Assembly (NCBI GenBank): GCA_024278235.1
Contig: JAJRTO010000107.1
Span: forward strand, 1 to 42,063
Reading direction: 5' to 3'
Length of the DNA: 42,063 nucleotides
DNA from: Candidatus Poribacteria bacterium
Lineage (GTDB): Bacteria > Poribacteria > WGA-4E > JAJRTO01
Made by a program: the position numbers and the translations under genes. The notes beneath the pieces were generated by a model that saw only the letters and a list, made by a program, of their open reading frames with translations, was not told the origin of the DNA and did no database searches. Positions 34,969 to 42,063 of this stretch are shown piece by piece. Numbering within the stretch: the stretch's first letter is position 1; each line of letters begins with the position of its first letter.

Positions 34969-35099
34969 CGCTGCATCTGCTGCCGGATCCACAGGCGCGA
35001 ATGGCAGGTAGACACCGATGATACGAAGCTGGAGAACACGAAGCGTGCAAAGTCGGGAAATGTGTGCATAGTCTGGTCTAAAGAAGCATCGCAAACTTC

Positions 35100-35128
35100 A
35101 GCATATCAAGCTCTGCCGCCCCTGTCAA
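35100..35128 (-). promoter_or_regulatory. Sigma70-like promoter reading into the 34.7-35.1 kb orphan region
   Basis: Minus strand reads TTGACA (35128-35123), a 17-nt spacer, then TATGCT (35105-35100). Confidence 0.45.
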
Positions 35129-35355
35129 GAGGTGAAGTTTGGGGGAAGAACACACTGAGTGATACTGTTTAGAATCTCATCCTTACCAGATTCAAGCGGA
35201 TCGGGGGTGCAAAACAGGGTAACCTCATTTGGCTCAACAATCGCCAGTCATGGGATCTGACCCCTGATGAATACTGGGGTCAGGAAACCAGATTCCTGTG
35301 CAAATACAGCATACGTGTTCATATGAGGTTGCCCTGACAAGCGGTAGAATTGTTA

Positions 35356-35384
35356 TTGATCCCACCTAAAACCTGTGTTATCAT
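35356..35384 (+). promoter_or_regulatory. Sigma70-like promoter (with TGn extended -10) for the sulfatase-like gene
   Basis: TTGATC (35356-35361), a 17-nt spacer ending in TGT, then TATCAT (35379-35384). Confidence 0.5.
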
Positions 35385-35414
35385 TGGGATTACAGGCTTT
35401 ACCAGGAGGTGGTT

Positions 35415-36767
35415 ATGAATCTCATCGTTATTATGTCTGATACGTTACGCTATGATCATCTGGGATGTCACGGTAACGAATGGATCCGTACTCCCAATAT
35501 CGACCGTTTTGCCCAGCGCTGTGCTGTATTTGATAAAGCCTATCAGGCTTCCTTCCCGACCATTCCAACCCGCACCGATATGTTCACTGGGAAGTTGACC
35601 TTCCCCTTTCGAGGCTGGACTCCGTTGCCAACAGATGAGACGATCATCGCCGAGGAACTGGAGACAGCCGGGTATGTGAATATGCTGATCTGCGATACAC
35701 CGCATCTGATTCGTGACGGTCACCGGTTTGACAGAGGATTCACCGCATGGGATTGGATTCGGGGGCAGGAAGGCGACCGAGCCATTACGGATGACATCCG
35801 AGTCGATCTCCCCTGCGCGCCGGAGAAGATCCGAGGCCCAGAAAGGATGCGTCAGAATCACTATCGCTATCGCACGGCTCATTGGCAGACGGAACGCGAC
35901 ACGTTCGTTGCACGTACCATGCAGCGTGCTTGCGATTGGCTCGAACGCAATTACACACACGAGAAGTTCTTTCTCTATATTGACACGTTCGATCCACACG
36001 AGCCATGGGATCCACCTCAGCACTATGTGGATATGTACGATCCCGGCTACAAAGGTGAGGTGATCGATCATCCTGTTTACGACTATTGCGGCTACCTGAC
36101 AGAGGATGAGATCCGGCACACGCGCGCGCTCTATGCAGGTGAAGTCACTTTGGTGGATACCTGGTTTGGCCGCTTGATGGACACAGTCGAGCGACTCGGT
36201 CTCTGGGAAGACACGGCAATTCTGTTCCTCTCAGACCATGGGCATTACATCGGAGATCACGGACGCATCGGCAAGGATGGCTCGGGTCCTGATGGACGTT
36301 GGCCATTCTATCAGGAAGTTTCGCATATTGTGTTCATGGGTTATATCCCTGGTGGAACCACCGGTCGTTCTGGTTTTCTTGCACAGCCAACAGATATCCG
36401 TCCCACTCTCCTGGAACTCGCTGGTTTGAATGTTCCGCAGGAAACCCACGGTATTTCACTCGTCCCTCATCTGAATGGACAGACGGGGCCTCAACGTTCC
36501 GTTGCGGTAACTTCCCATGCTCTCACCAACAATGCCAATCGAAGTGTGACGAGCAGTATCACCGATGGTGAGTGGGTGTTGCACTACCGGGGTTCCCAAT
36601 GGCCTGCAGAGTTATATCATCTAAGCAACGATCCCGGTGAGACCGAAAACCGTTACGCTTCTCAACGTGGGATTGCTGAGCAACTTCACGCAGAATACCT
36701 GCAAGTTCTACGTGATGCAGGTACTGCCGAGGACCGAATCGCTCTGCGTTCCCGATTGCCGGAATAG
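35415..36767 (+). CDS. Sulfatase-family (alkaline phosphatase superfamily) hydrolase with Thr at the formylglycine position; no signal peptide
   Basis: AGGAGG 5 nt upstream of ATG at 35415. N-terminus NLIVIMSDTLRYDHLGCHGN. The motif FPTIPTRTDMFTGK aligns with the sulfatase C/S-x-P-x-R-x4-TG signature but begins with T49 (35559-35561). Confidence 0.8.
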   Translation: MNLIVIMSDTLRYDHLGCHGNEWIRTPNIDRFAQRCAVFDKAYQASFPTIPTRTDMFTGKLTFPFRGWTPLPTDETIIAEELETAGYVNMLICDTPHLIRDGHRFDRGFTAWDWIRGQEGDRAITDDIRVDLPCAPEKIRGPERMRQNHYRYRTAHWQTERDTFVARTMQRACDWLERNYTHEKFFLYIDTFDPHEPWDPPQHYVDMYDPGYKGEVIDHPVYDYCGYLTEDEIRHTRALYAGEVTLVDTWFGRLMDTVERLGLWEDTAILFLSDHGHYIGDHGRIGKDGSGPDGRWPFYQEVSHIVFMGYIPGGTTGRSGFLAQPTDIRPTLLELAGLNVPQETHGISLVPHLNGQTGPQRSVAVTSHALTNNANRSVTSSITDGEWVLHYRGSQWPAELYHLSNDPGETENRYASQRGIAEQLHAEYLQVLRDAGTAEDRIALRSRLPE

Positions 36768-36797
36768 GGATGTTCCATCCCTGGAAAGGTTATATGG

Positions 36798-38471
36798 ATG
36801 AACGCTGCTTACATCGCTATCGTTGTGTTGGGGCTTTACTACCTGGGATACCGTTTCTACTCCAAGTTCCTTGCTGAGAAGATTTTCCAGCTTTCGGAAG
36901 ACGAAACCACTCCAGCACATGAACTGGAAGACGGTATCGACTATGTTCCCACGAACAAACATGTTTTATTCGGACATCATTTCTCTTCGATTGCGGGGGC
37001 CGCACCGATCATCGGCCCGGCAATCGCTGTCTTCTGGGGATGGTTGCCCGCCATCCTCTGGGTTGTGCTCGGCACGATCTTTATGGGTGCTGTGCACGAT
37101 TTCAGTGCATTGGTCGTTTCAGTACGGCAGAAGGGACGATCCGTTGGGGATATCGCGGCCTCACTCCTGAGTTCACGGGCACGAACTCTCTTCCTGCTAA
37201 TCGTTTACTTTCTGATCTTTTTTGTCCTGGCCGTATTTGCTTATGCAATCGCCGCCCTGTTCGTTCGATTCCCAACCAGCGTTCTGCCGATCAACTTCGA
37301 GATCGTCGTCGCTCTGGTTATCGGCTTTCTCTTCTACAAGAAGGGCATTCCCATCCTTTGGCCCTCCCTTATCGCCCTTACGCTCCTCTATGTCATGGTT
37401 TGGGTGGGAACCTATGTGCCCATCGAGGTGCCGGCGGTTCTGGGCAGCCCGATTGTCACATGGATCATCTCCCTACTGGTCTACTCGTTTATCGCTTCTG
37501 TCTTGCCTGTGTGGACATTGCTGCAACCACGTGACTACATCAATTCGCACCAGTTGTTCGTGGGACTCACGGTGATGTTTATCGGCCTTCTCGTGGCACA
37601 TCCTGTCATGCAGGCCCCCGCGATCAATCCCAATCCAGTAGATGCCCTGCCGATCTTCCCATTCATTTTCGTCACGATTGCCTGCGGTGCTATCAGCGGC
37701 TTCCACGGACTGGTCTCCAGTGGGACGACCTCCAAGCAACTGGATAAGGCGACACACGCACGATTCATCGGCTATGGGGGAATGATCGGGGAAGGGACCC
37801 TGGCAATGATAGCGACACTTGCTGTTGCTGCTGGGATCAGTCGCAGCGATTGGTTGGCACACTATGACAACTGGCAGTCGGCGACCAGCGGTGGAATTGC
37901 CAACTTCGTACTGGGAGCGTCGAGTTTTCTGACGGCCCTTAAGTTTCCCAAGTTACTGGCCAACACGTTCATCAGCGTGATCGTCATCAGTTTTGCGGCA
38001 ACATCGCTCGATACGGCGACCCGAATCCAACGACTGATTATCGGAGAACTGGGAACAGCTTACAAAATCAAACCACTACAGAATCGCTATCTCGGTGCGG
38101 CGTTAGCCGTTGTACCAAGTCTGCTGCTCGCTCTGCTTGTTCAGGCTCCGGGGCGTGGTGCAGGATCCGGCGGCTTCCTGCTCTGGCCGTTATTTGGAGC
38201 CACCAACCAGCTCGTGGGTGGGCTCACGCTGCTGATCGCGACTTTCTTCCTATGGAAGCTCGGCAAGCCGGTGATCTACACGCTTATCCCGATGATCTTT
38301 CTGGTGATCGTGACGACCGGTTCCATGCTCCTCAACTTCAGGGTGTTCGCTGGAAACCTGTTGCTGATCGTTCTCTCCGCCGTTATCCTCGGTCTCGAAA
38401 TCTGGTTGGTATTGGAAGCTGTTCTGGCATATACAAATCAGCGTAAGGGGGAGAACCCCATCCCACAATGA
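36798..38471 (+). CDS. cstA: Carbon starvation protein A family transporter
   Basis: 557 aa and polytopic. N-terminus MNAAYIAIVVLGLYYLGYRFYSKFLAEKIF, plus HFSSIAGAAPIIGP typical of CstA. Confidence 0.9.
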   Translation: MNAAYIAIVVLGLYYLGYRFYSKFLAEKIFQLSEDETTPAHELEDGIDYVPTNKHVLFGHHFSSIAGAAPIIGPAIAVFWGWLPAILWVVLGTIFMGAVHDFSALVVSVRQKGRSVGDIAASLLSSRARTLFLLIVYFLIFFVLAVFAYAIAALFVRFPTSVLPINFEIVVALVIGFLFYKKGIPILWPSLIALTLLYVMVWVGTYVPIEVPAVLGSPIVTWIISLLVYSFIASVLPVWTLLQPRDYINSHQLFVGLTVMFIGLLVAHPVMQAPAINPNPVDALPIFPFIFVTIACGAISGFHGLVSSGTTSKQLDKATHARFIGYGGMIGEGTLAMIATLAVAAGISRSDWLAHYDNWQSATSGGIANFVLGASSFLTALKFPKLLANTFISVIVISFAATSLDTATRIQRLIIGELGTAYKIKPLQNRYLGAALAVVPSLLLALLVQAPGRGAGSGGFLLWPLFGATNQLVGGLTLLIATFFLWKLGKPVIYTLIPMIFLVIVTTGSMLLNFRVFAGNLLLIVLSAVILGLEIWLVLEAVLAYTNQRKGENPIPQ

Positions 38472-38542
38472 TCCGAGGGAAGCCCCCACACTCAAGTCCG
38501 GGGAACCTTATTTCAGTGGATAGCTGCTAATCGGAGTGAGTT

Positions 38543-38941
38543 ATGAAGCCATTCTACTTTCTGTTTCCGGTGATCTTATTCCTGGTGGCCTGTGGTGGTC
38601 CCAGTCAGTTCACCATCAATGCACTCTACGATGCACGTGCACAGCTAACAACTGCTCAACAGTCAGATGCACAGAAACTGGCGGCCGACGCGCTGCAAGA
38701 GGCACAACGTTTCCTCTCACAGGCAGAAGCTGCTTATGCTGAGGGCAAGGAGGAGGAGGCCCTCCGCTTCAGTCACTATGCTTATCGTATGGCTCATTAC
38801 GCAATGAAGCTATCGGAACAGCGGCAAGCGGAGCGAGATGCAAAGATCGCTGAAATCGACCTTGCCGAAGCAGAAGCCCGGGAACAGCAGGCGTTTCAGG
38901 AACGGAAGGCGGCAGAGGAAGAACTGGCTGGTCTGGAGTGA
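38543..38941 (+). CDS. Coiled-coil lipoprotein (DUF4398-like)
   Basis: Lipobox LVAC|GG after a signal peptide. The remainder is Ala/Glu/Gln-rich helical sequence. Confidence 0.65.
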   Translation: MKPFYFLFPVILFLVACGGPSQFTINALYDARAQLTTAQQSDAQKLAADALQEAQRFLSQAEAAYAEGKEEEALRFSHYAYRMAHYAMKLSEQRQAERDAKIAEIDLAEAEAREQQAFQERKAAEEELAGLE

Positions 38942-39093
38942 GAACTACTGCGGATGATGTTCAGACAGAGGGAAAAACTTGCAGGCACAGACTTGAGACA
39001 TGAGGGAAAGACCCAGTCGATCACCATTCTATGGTAGGAGTGGCCTCCCGGCCACGATGATCGCGTCCAGGAAGACGCTCCTACGGCGAAAAT

Positions 39094-39118
39094 GTGAGGT
39101 GCTGAGACCGCATCTCAC
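39094..39118 (-). terminator. Possible cysK terminator hairpin
   Basis: GTGAGGTGC (39094-39102) pairs with GCATCTCAC (39110-39118): 9 bp including one wobble, with a 7-nt loop. On the minus strand it is followed by AUUUUC. Confidence 0.35.
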
Positions 39119-39158
39119 GCCTCAAGTCGTGGCACTCATGAACAGTCACGAAGCGGCA

Positions 39159-40091
39159 TCAATGCAGCAGATCGGAAAACAGATCGGTGCTCAGGTAGCG
39201 TTCACCAATATCCGGGAGAACAACGACGATGAGTTTGCCCGCGCTGCTCGGCTCCTGAGCAATTATTTTTGCGGCTTCAAGTGCGGCTCCAGACGAAATG
39301 CCACAGAGGATGCCCTCCTTCTTCGCAGCAAGACGGGCCATTGCGATGGCATCTTCGTTGGAAACCTGAACTACTTTATCGATAACATCGGTGTTAAGAA
39401 CTTCAGGGACGAATCCCGCACCGATCCCTTGAATCTTATGGGGGCCCGGTTGGCCGCCTGAAAGTACCGGTGACCCGGTGGGTTCGACAGCCACTGCGCG
39501 GAAAGAGGGTTTCCGAGATTTTATCACTTCGGCAACACCCGTGATCGTACCACCTGTGCCGATGCCTGAGACCAGGATATCTACGGCCCCACCTGTATCT
39601 GCCCAGATCTCCTCTGCTGTGGTTTGGCGATGGATCTCAGGATTGGCAGCGTTCTGGAATTGCTGAGGGATGAACGCATTCTCATGTTTTGCAGCAACTC
39701 GTTCAGCCTCCGCAATGGCTTCCTTCATCCCACCGCTGGCGGGTGTCAGCACAAGTTCCGCGCCCAAAGCGCGCAGTAGTGCCCGACGTTCAATACTCAT
39801 GCTCTCAGGCATCGTCAGGATCAACCGATAGCCTCTGGCGGCACATACAAATGCCAGGGCGATCCCTGTGTTTCCAGAGGTCGGCTCTACGATCACCGTA
39901 TCTTCATCGATCTTGCCGGCGGTTTCGGCAGCATTGATCATCGCTGCACCGATACGATCTTTAACACTTGAAAGCGGATTGAACGATTCGAGTTTGGCAA
40001 CGACGGTGGCATCGCTCTCAATAATCCTGTTAATCCGAACAAGAGGGGTACGACCGATCGTTTGCGTAATGTCATCATAGATTTTACTCAT
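39159..40091 (-). CDS. cysK: Cysteine synthase A (O-acetylserine sulfhydrylase)
   Basis: 310 aa with the [21 protein letters not shown] (PLP lysine) and [10 protein letters not shown] motifs. Confidence 0.93.
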   Translation of the reverse strand: MSKIYDDITQTIGRTPLVRINRIIESDATVVAKLESFNPLSSVKDRIGAAMINAAETAGKIDEDTVIVEPTSGNTGIALAFVCAARGYRLILTMPESMSIERRALLRALGAELVLTPASGGMKEAIAEAERVAAKHENAFIPQQFQNAANPEIHRQTTAEEIWADTGGAVDILVSGIGTGGTITGVAEVIKSRKPSFRAVAVEPTGSPVLSGGQPGPHKIQGIGAGFVPEVLNTDVIDKVVQVSNEDAIAMARLAAKKEGILCGISSGAALEAAKIIAQEPSSAGKLIVVVLPDIGERYLSTDLFSDLLH

Positions 40092-40221
40092 TGGTAGTTC
40101 TCCTCATGGGCTTATCTTTCATAACAGGCTCGGAACCATCTAAGAGCCCGACAGTAACCTCGTGAAATTTCCGTAATAGTACTTGTTGCAGAGAGGAAAG
40201 TCAAAAGAATTTGCCAAGATA

Positions 40222-40743
40222 ATGACCAAATTACTCCGACAATACATGCATAAGTTTCTGATCATCGTACACCGGCAGATGCGCAATTCGCTCCGTTTCC
40301 TGGGGCCTACTGTGGGGACCAGTGCCATCGTGGAACAGAACGGGCAGATCCTGCTTGTGAGACGCACCGAGAACAACAAGCTGGATGTACCAGGGGGCCT
40401 GGTTCGCTGGGGGGAGACACTCGAGCAGGGGTGTCAGCGGGAGGTCAAAGAGGAGACCGGTTACTCTATTGAAATCGTGGAGCTTCTCGGTGTCTATTCC
40501 TGGATTCGGAAAGACTACAGTAATATCTCCGTCTGTTATGTGGGAAGAATTATTGGTGGAGAACCTCGCGGATCGTCAGAAGGGGAACCGCTCTGGGCGC
40601 ACCCACCGTTCCGGGCAGAAGATTTTCATGCGGGGATGGATCGGCTCGTATTCGATTATCTGGCAGACAAGCGGTATGTTTCCACATCCGCAACGGAGAA
40701 GCAAGGGCACAAATCTTATTCGGTTGCCAAACGCGGCAGATAA
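40222..40743 (+). CDS. Nudix hydrolase
   Basis: Nudix box GGLVRWGETLEQGCQREVKEETG. The start is uncertain (TTG 40183, ATG 40222, 40246 or 40279). Confidence 0.8.
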   Translation: MTKLLRQYMHKFLIIVHRQMRNSLRFLGPTVGTSAIVEQNGQILLVRRTENNKLDVPGGLVRWGETLEQGCQREVKEETGYSIEIVELLGVYSWIRKDYSNISVCYVGRIIGGEPRGSSEGEPLWAHPPFRAEDFHAGMDRLVFDYLADKRYVSTSATEKQGHKSYSVAKRGR

Positions 40744-40757
40744 TTCTATAATCTAAA

Positions 40758-40817
40758 AGCCGTCAGCCGTCAGCCGTCAGCCATCGGCTTTCGGTGACAC
40801 CACCGACCGATGGCTGA
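40758..40817 (+). repeat. AGCCGTC heptamer x3 (plus one variant) merging into an 11-bp-stem hairpin
   Basis: AGCCGTC at 40758-40764, 40765-40771 and 40772-40778; AGCCATC at 40779-40785. TCAGCCATCGG (40777-40787) pairs with CCGATGGCTGA (40807-40817). Confidence 0.85.
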
Positions 40818-40874
40818 TTGCCAATAGAAACGGTCAGTTGCCAGCTTGACTTGACCAAAAATGAGAGGATAACC

Positions 40875-41894
40875 ATGCCTGACAAATCAGAAAGCATCCA
40901 TCAAGATAGCCGTGCCGCAGGGACGGAAACGGACTGGCCCTTCCGGGGGGTCTGTCTGGGCGTCCCCAAACAGGTCGATATGGAATTGTTCAAACGATTG
41001 ATCTCGGACGTGCTACCAGCTTATCAATGCAACACGCTGGTGCTCTTGACCCGATACCAGTACCAGTTTAAGAGCCATCCGCAGGTAAGTGACGGCGAGC
41101 CGCTGACGCCGGCACAGGCAGCGGAGATAGCCGCTCTATGCAGACAGAACGACATCCGCATCATTCCGAAGATGAATCTCCTGGGTCACCAATCAGGCAG
41201 AGAAAAGGGTTCGGAACTGGGGCTATTGCGAACCTATCCTGAGTTTGACGAGACCCCTGATCAGCCGACGGTGCGCTACTGCCGAAGTCTCTGCCCGAAG
41301 CATCCTCAGGTCAAAAAAGTCGTCTTTGAGTTAGTAGACGAACTGATCGATGCTTTCCAGGCGGATGCGATCCATGTGGGTCTGGATGAAGTGTTTGAAA
41401 TCGGTATCTGCCCACGGTGTAAGGACACTTCAAACGGAGAACTGTTCGCGGAATGGGTCAACGCACTGCATCATCACATCACAGGGAACAGGAACGTCGA
41501 GATGCTCATGTGGGGGGACCGATTGCTGGACAGCCAGAGTACCGGTTATGGCGAGTGGGAAGCTTCCGCGAATGATACGTGGACGATGATAGACAGCATC
41601 CCCAGAGATATTATCATGTGCGACTGGCATTATGGAGAGCATGACAGTTATCCATCCGTTCCCTTCTTTGCAGACAAGGGGTTTCGATTGGTTGTCTGTC
41701 CGTGGAAAGAACTCAAGGCGACGAAGGCATTGGTGCGGTATGCCTCGGATAACCGAACGGAAAAACTCCGTGGCGTGCTACAGACCAGTTGGTGCAACTC
41801 TGGCATGGTCGCTCGTTATCTCTGCGATGGAGATGACCAGGTTGAGGAGACACCCAGGCTCGTGGGCACTTCCTTCAAGTGGGCAATGAGTTAG
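40875..41894 (+). CDS. Glycoside hydrolase family 20-like protein (beta-N-acetylhexosaminidase catalytic-domain type)
   Basis: GAGAGGA 6 nt upstream of ATG at 40875 (5 nt if counted from the AGGA core). IRIIPKMNLLGHQ and IHVGLDEV (the H-x-G-x-DE catalytic motif) resemble the GH20 TIM barrel. Confidence 0.55.
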   Translation: MPDKSESIHQDSRAAGTETDWPFRGVCLGVPKQVDMELFKRLISDVLPAYQCNTLVLLTRYQYQFKSHPQVSDGEPLTPAQAAEIAALCRQNDIRIIPKMNLLGHQSGREKGSELGLLRTYPEFDETPDQPTVRYCRSLCPKHPQVKKVVFELVDELIDAFQADAIHVGLDEVFEIGICPRCKDTSNGELFAEWVNALHHHITGNRNVEMLMWGDRLLDSQSTGYGEWEASANDTWTMIDSIPRDIIMCDWHYGEHDSYPSVPFFADKGFRLVVCPWKELKATKALVRYASDNRTEKLRGVLQTSWCNSGMVARYLCDGDDQVEETPRLVGTSFKWAMS

Positions 41895-41934
41895 TGAACC
41901 TTACTTCTGGCTTCGAGGAGTGTAATGATGGCAC

Positions 41935-42063
41935 ATTTTCCAGCAGAACGACGTATCATGCATACGCAGTTACGGAACCGACTCAGCGAGATCGCAGATA
42001 CGATTTATCATCAGCGGATACCCATATCAGGTTGGGAATCCGTGGTGACCGGTCAAAAACAAC
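41935..42063 (+). CDS. 5' fragment of an unidentified ORF running off the window
   Basis: GAGGAG 4 nt upstream of ATGATG. MMAHFPAERRIMHTQLRNRLSEIADTIYHQRIPISGWESVVTGQKQ remains open to the window end. Confidence 0.5.

Noticed and set aside
35264-35300. Hammerhead-ribozyme-like core (CUGAUGA ... GAAA) in CCCCUGAUGAAUACUGGGGUCAGGAAACC
   Set aside because: The segment between CUGAUGA and GAAA does not form a proper stem II closed by the required G-C pair. It is instead consumed by the perfect CTGACCCC/GGGGTCAG stem. I found no stem III with an A15.1-U16.1 pair and no cleavage-site triplet.

Overview
This is a bacterial chromosomal window. Hand-counted 60-nt samples give about 43-53% GC, except in one GC-rich islet. 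I saw no rRNA, tRNA, CRISPR array, transposase or integrase.

Content, left to right:
(1) A 27-bp tandem repeat array cut by the window edge.
(2) A nine-gene minus-strand operon (8576 down to 196): aroC-aroK-aroB-aroQ-efp-accB-accC, a DSD1-like PLP enzyme and a polytopic membrane protein.
(3) A URO-D-family gene.
(4) An ECF sigma, a zf-HC2 anti-sigma and a membrane protein with two vWA domains.
(5) Two tandem secreted beta-sandwich paralogues.
(6) A partly translationally coupled operon: CRTAC1(ASPIC/UnbV), TPR, FGE-like, CRTAC1.
(7) A TlpA-like gene with purL and purQ.
(8) nadA, a split pyruvate/2-oxoacid:ferredoxin oxidoreductase, nfo, a zinc-ribbon mini-protein and an IMPase-family gene.
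(9) A GC-rich islet of about 3 kb carrying a penicillin/AHL-acylase-family gene.
(10) A sulfatase-family gene with Thr at the formylglycine position, cstA, a coiled-coil lipoprotein, cysK, a Nudix gene, a GH20-like gene and a partial ORF.

The gene content (FG-GAP/ASPIC, FGE, sulfatase-like, TPR) resembles marine or sponge-associated PVC-like or candidate-phylum heterotrophs. That taxonomic guess is only weak inference.

I did not find a clear multi-gene novel system such as a defence island. The signals most worth a second look are:
- A single in-frame TGA at the redox motif of the TlpA-like gene. It is either a selenocysteine candidate or a fresh pseudogene.
- A dispersed hairpin element of about 134 bp that sits 22 nt upstream of the -35 hexamer of two different promoters.
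- A repeat family built on the 27-mer, found at gene 3' ends.
- AACGTT-based heptamer and nonamer arrays inside predicted leaders.
- The acylase islet with its unexplained upstream region.
- The sulfatase-independent CRTAC1-TPR-FGE operon.
- A 74-nt near-identical tract between the two otherwise diverged secreted paralogues.

All promoter, terminator and RNA-structure calls are by eye from the sequence only.
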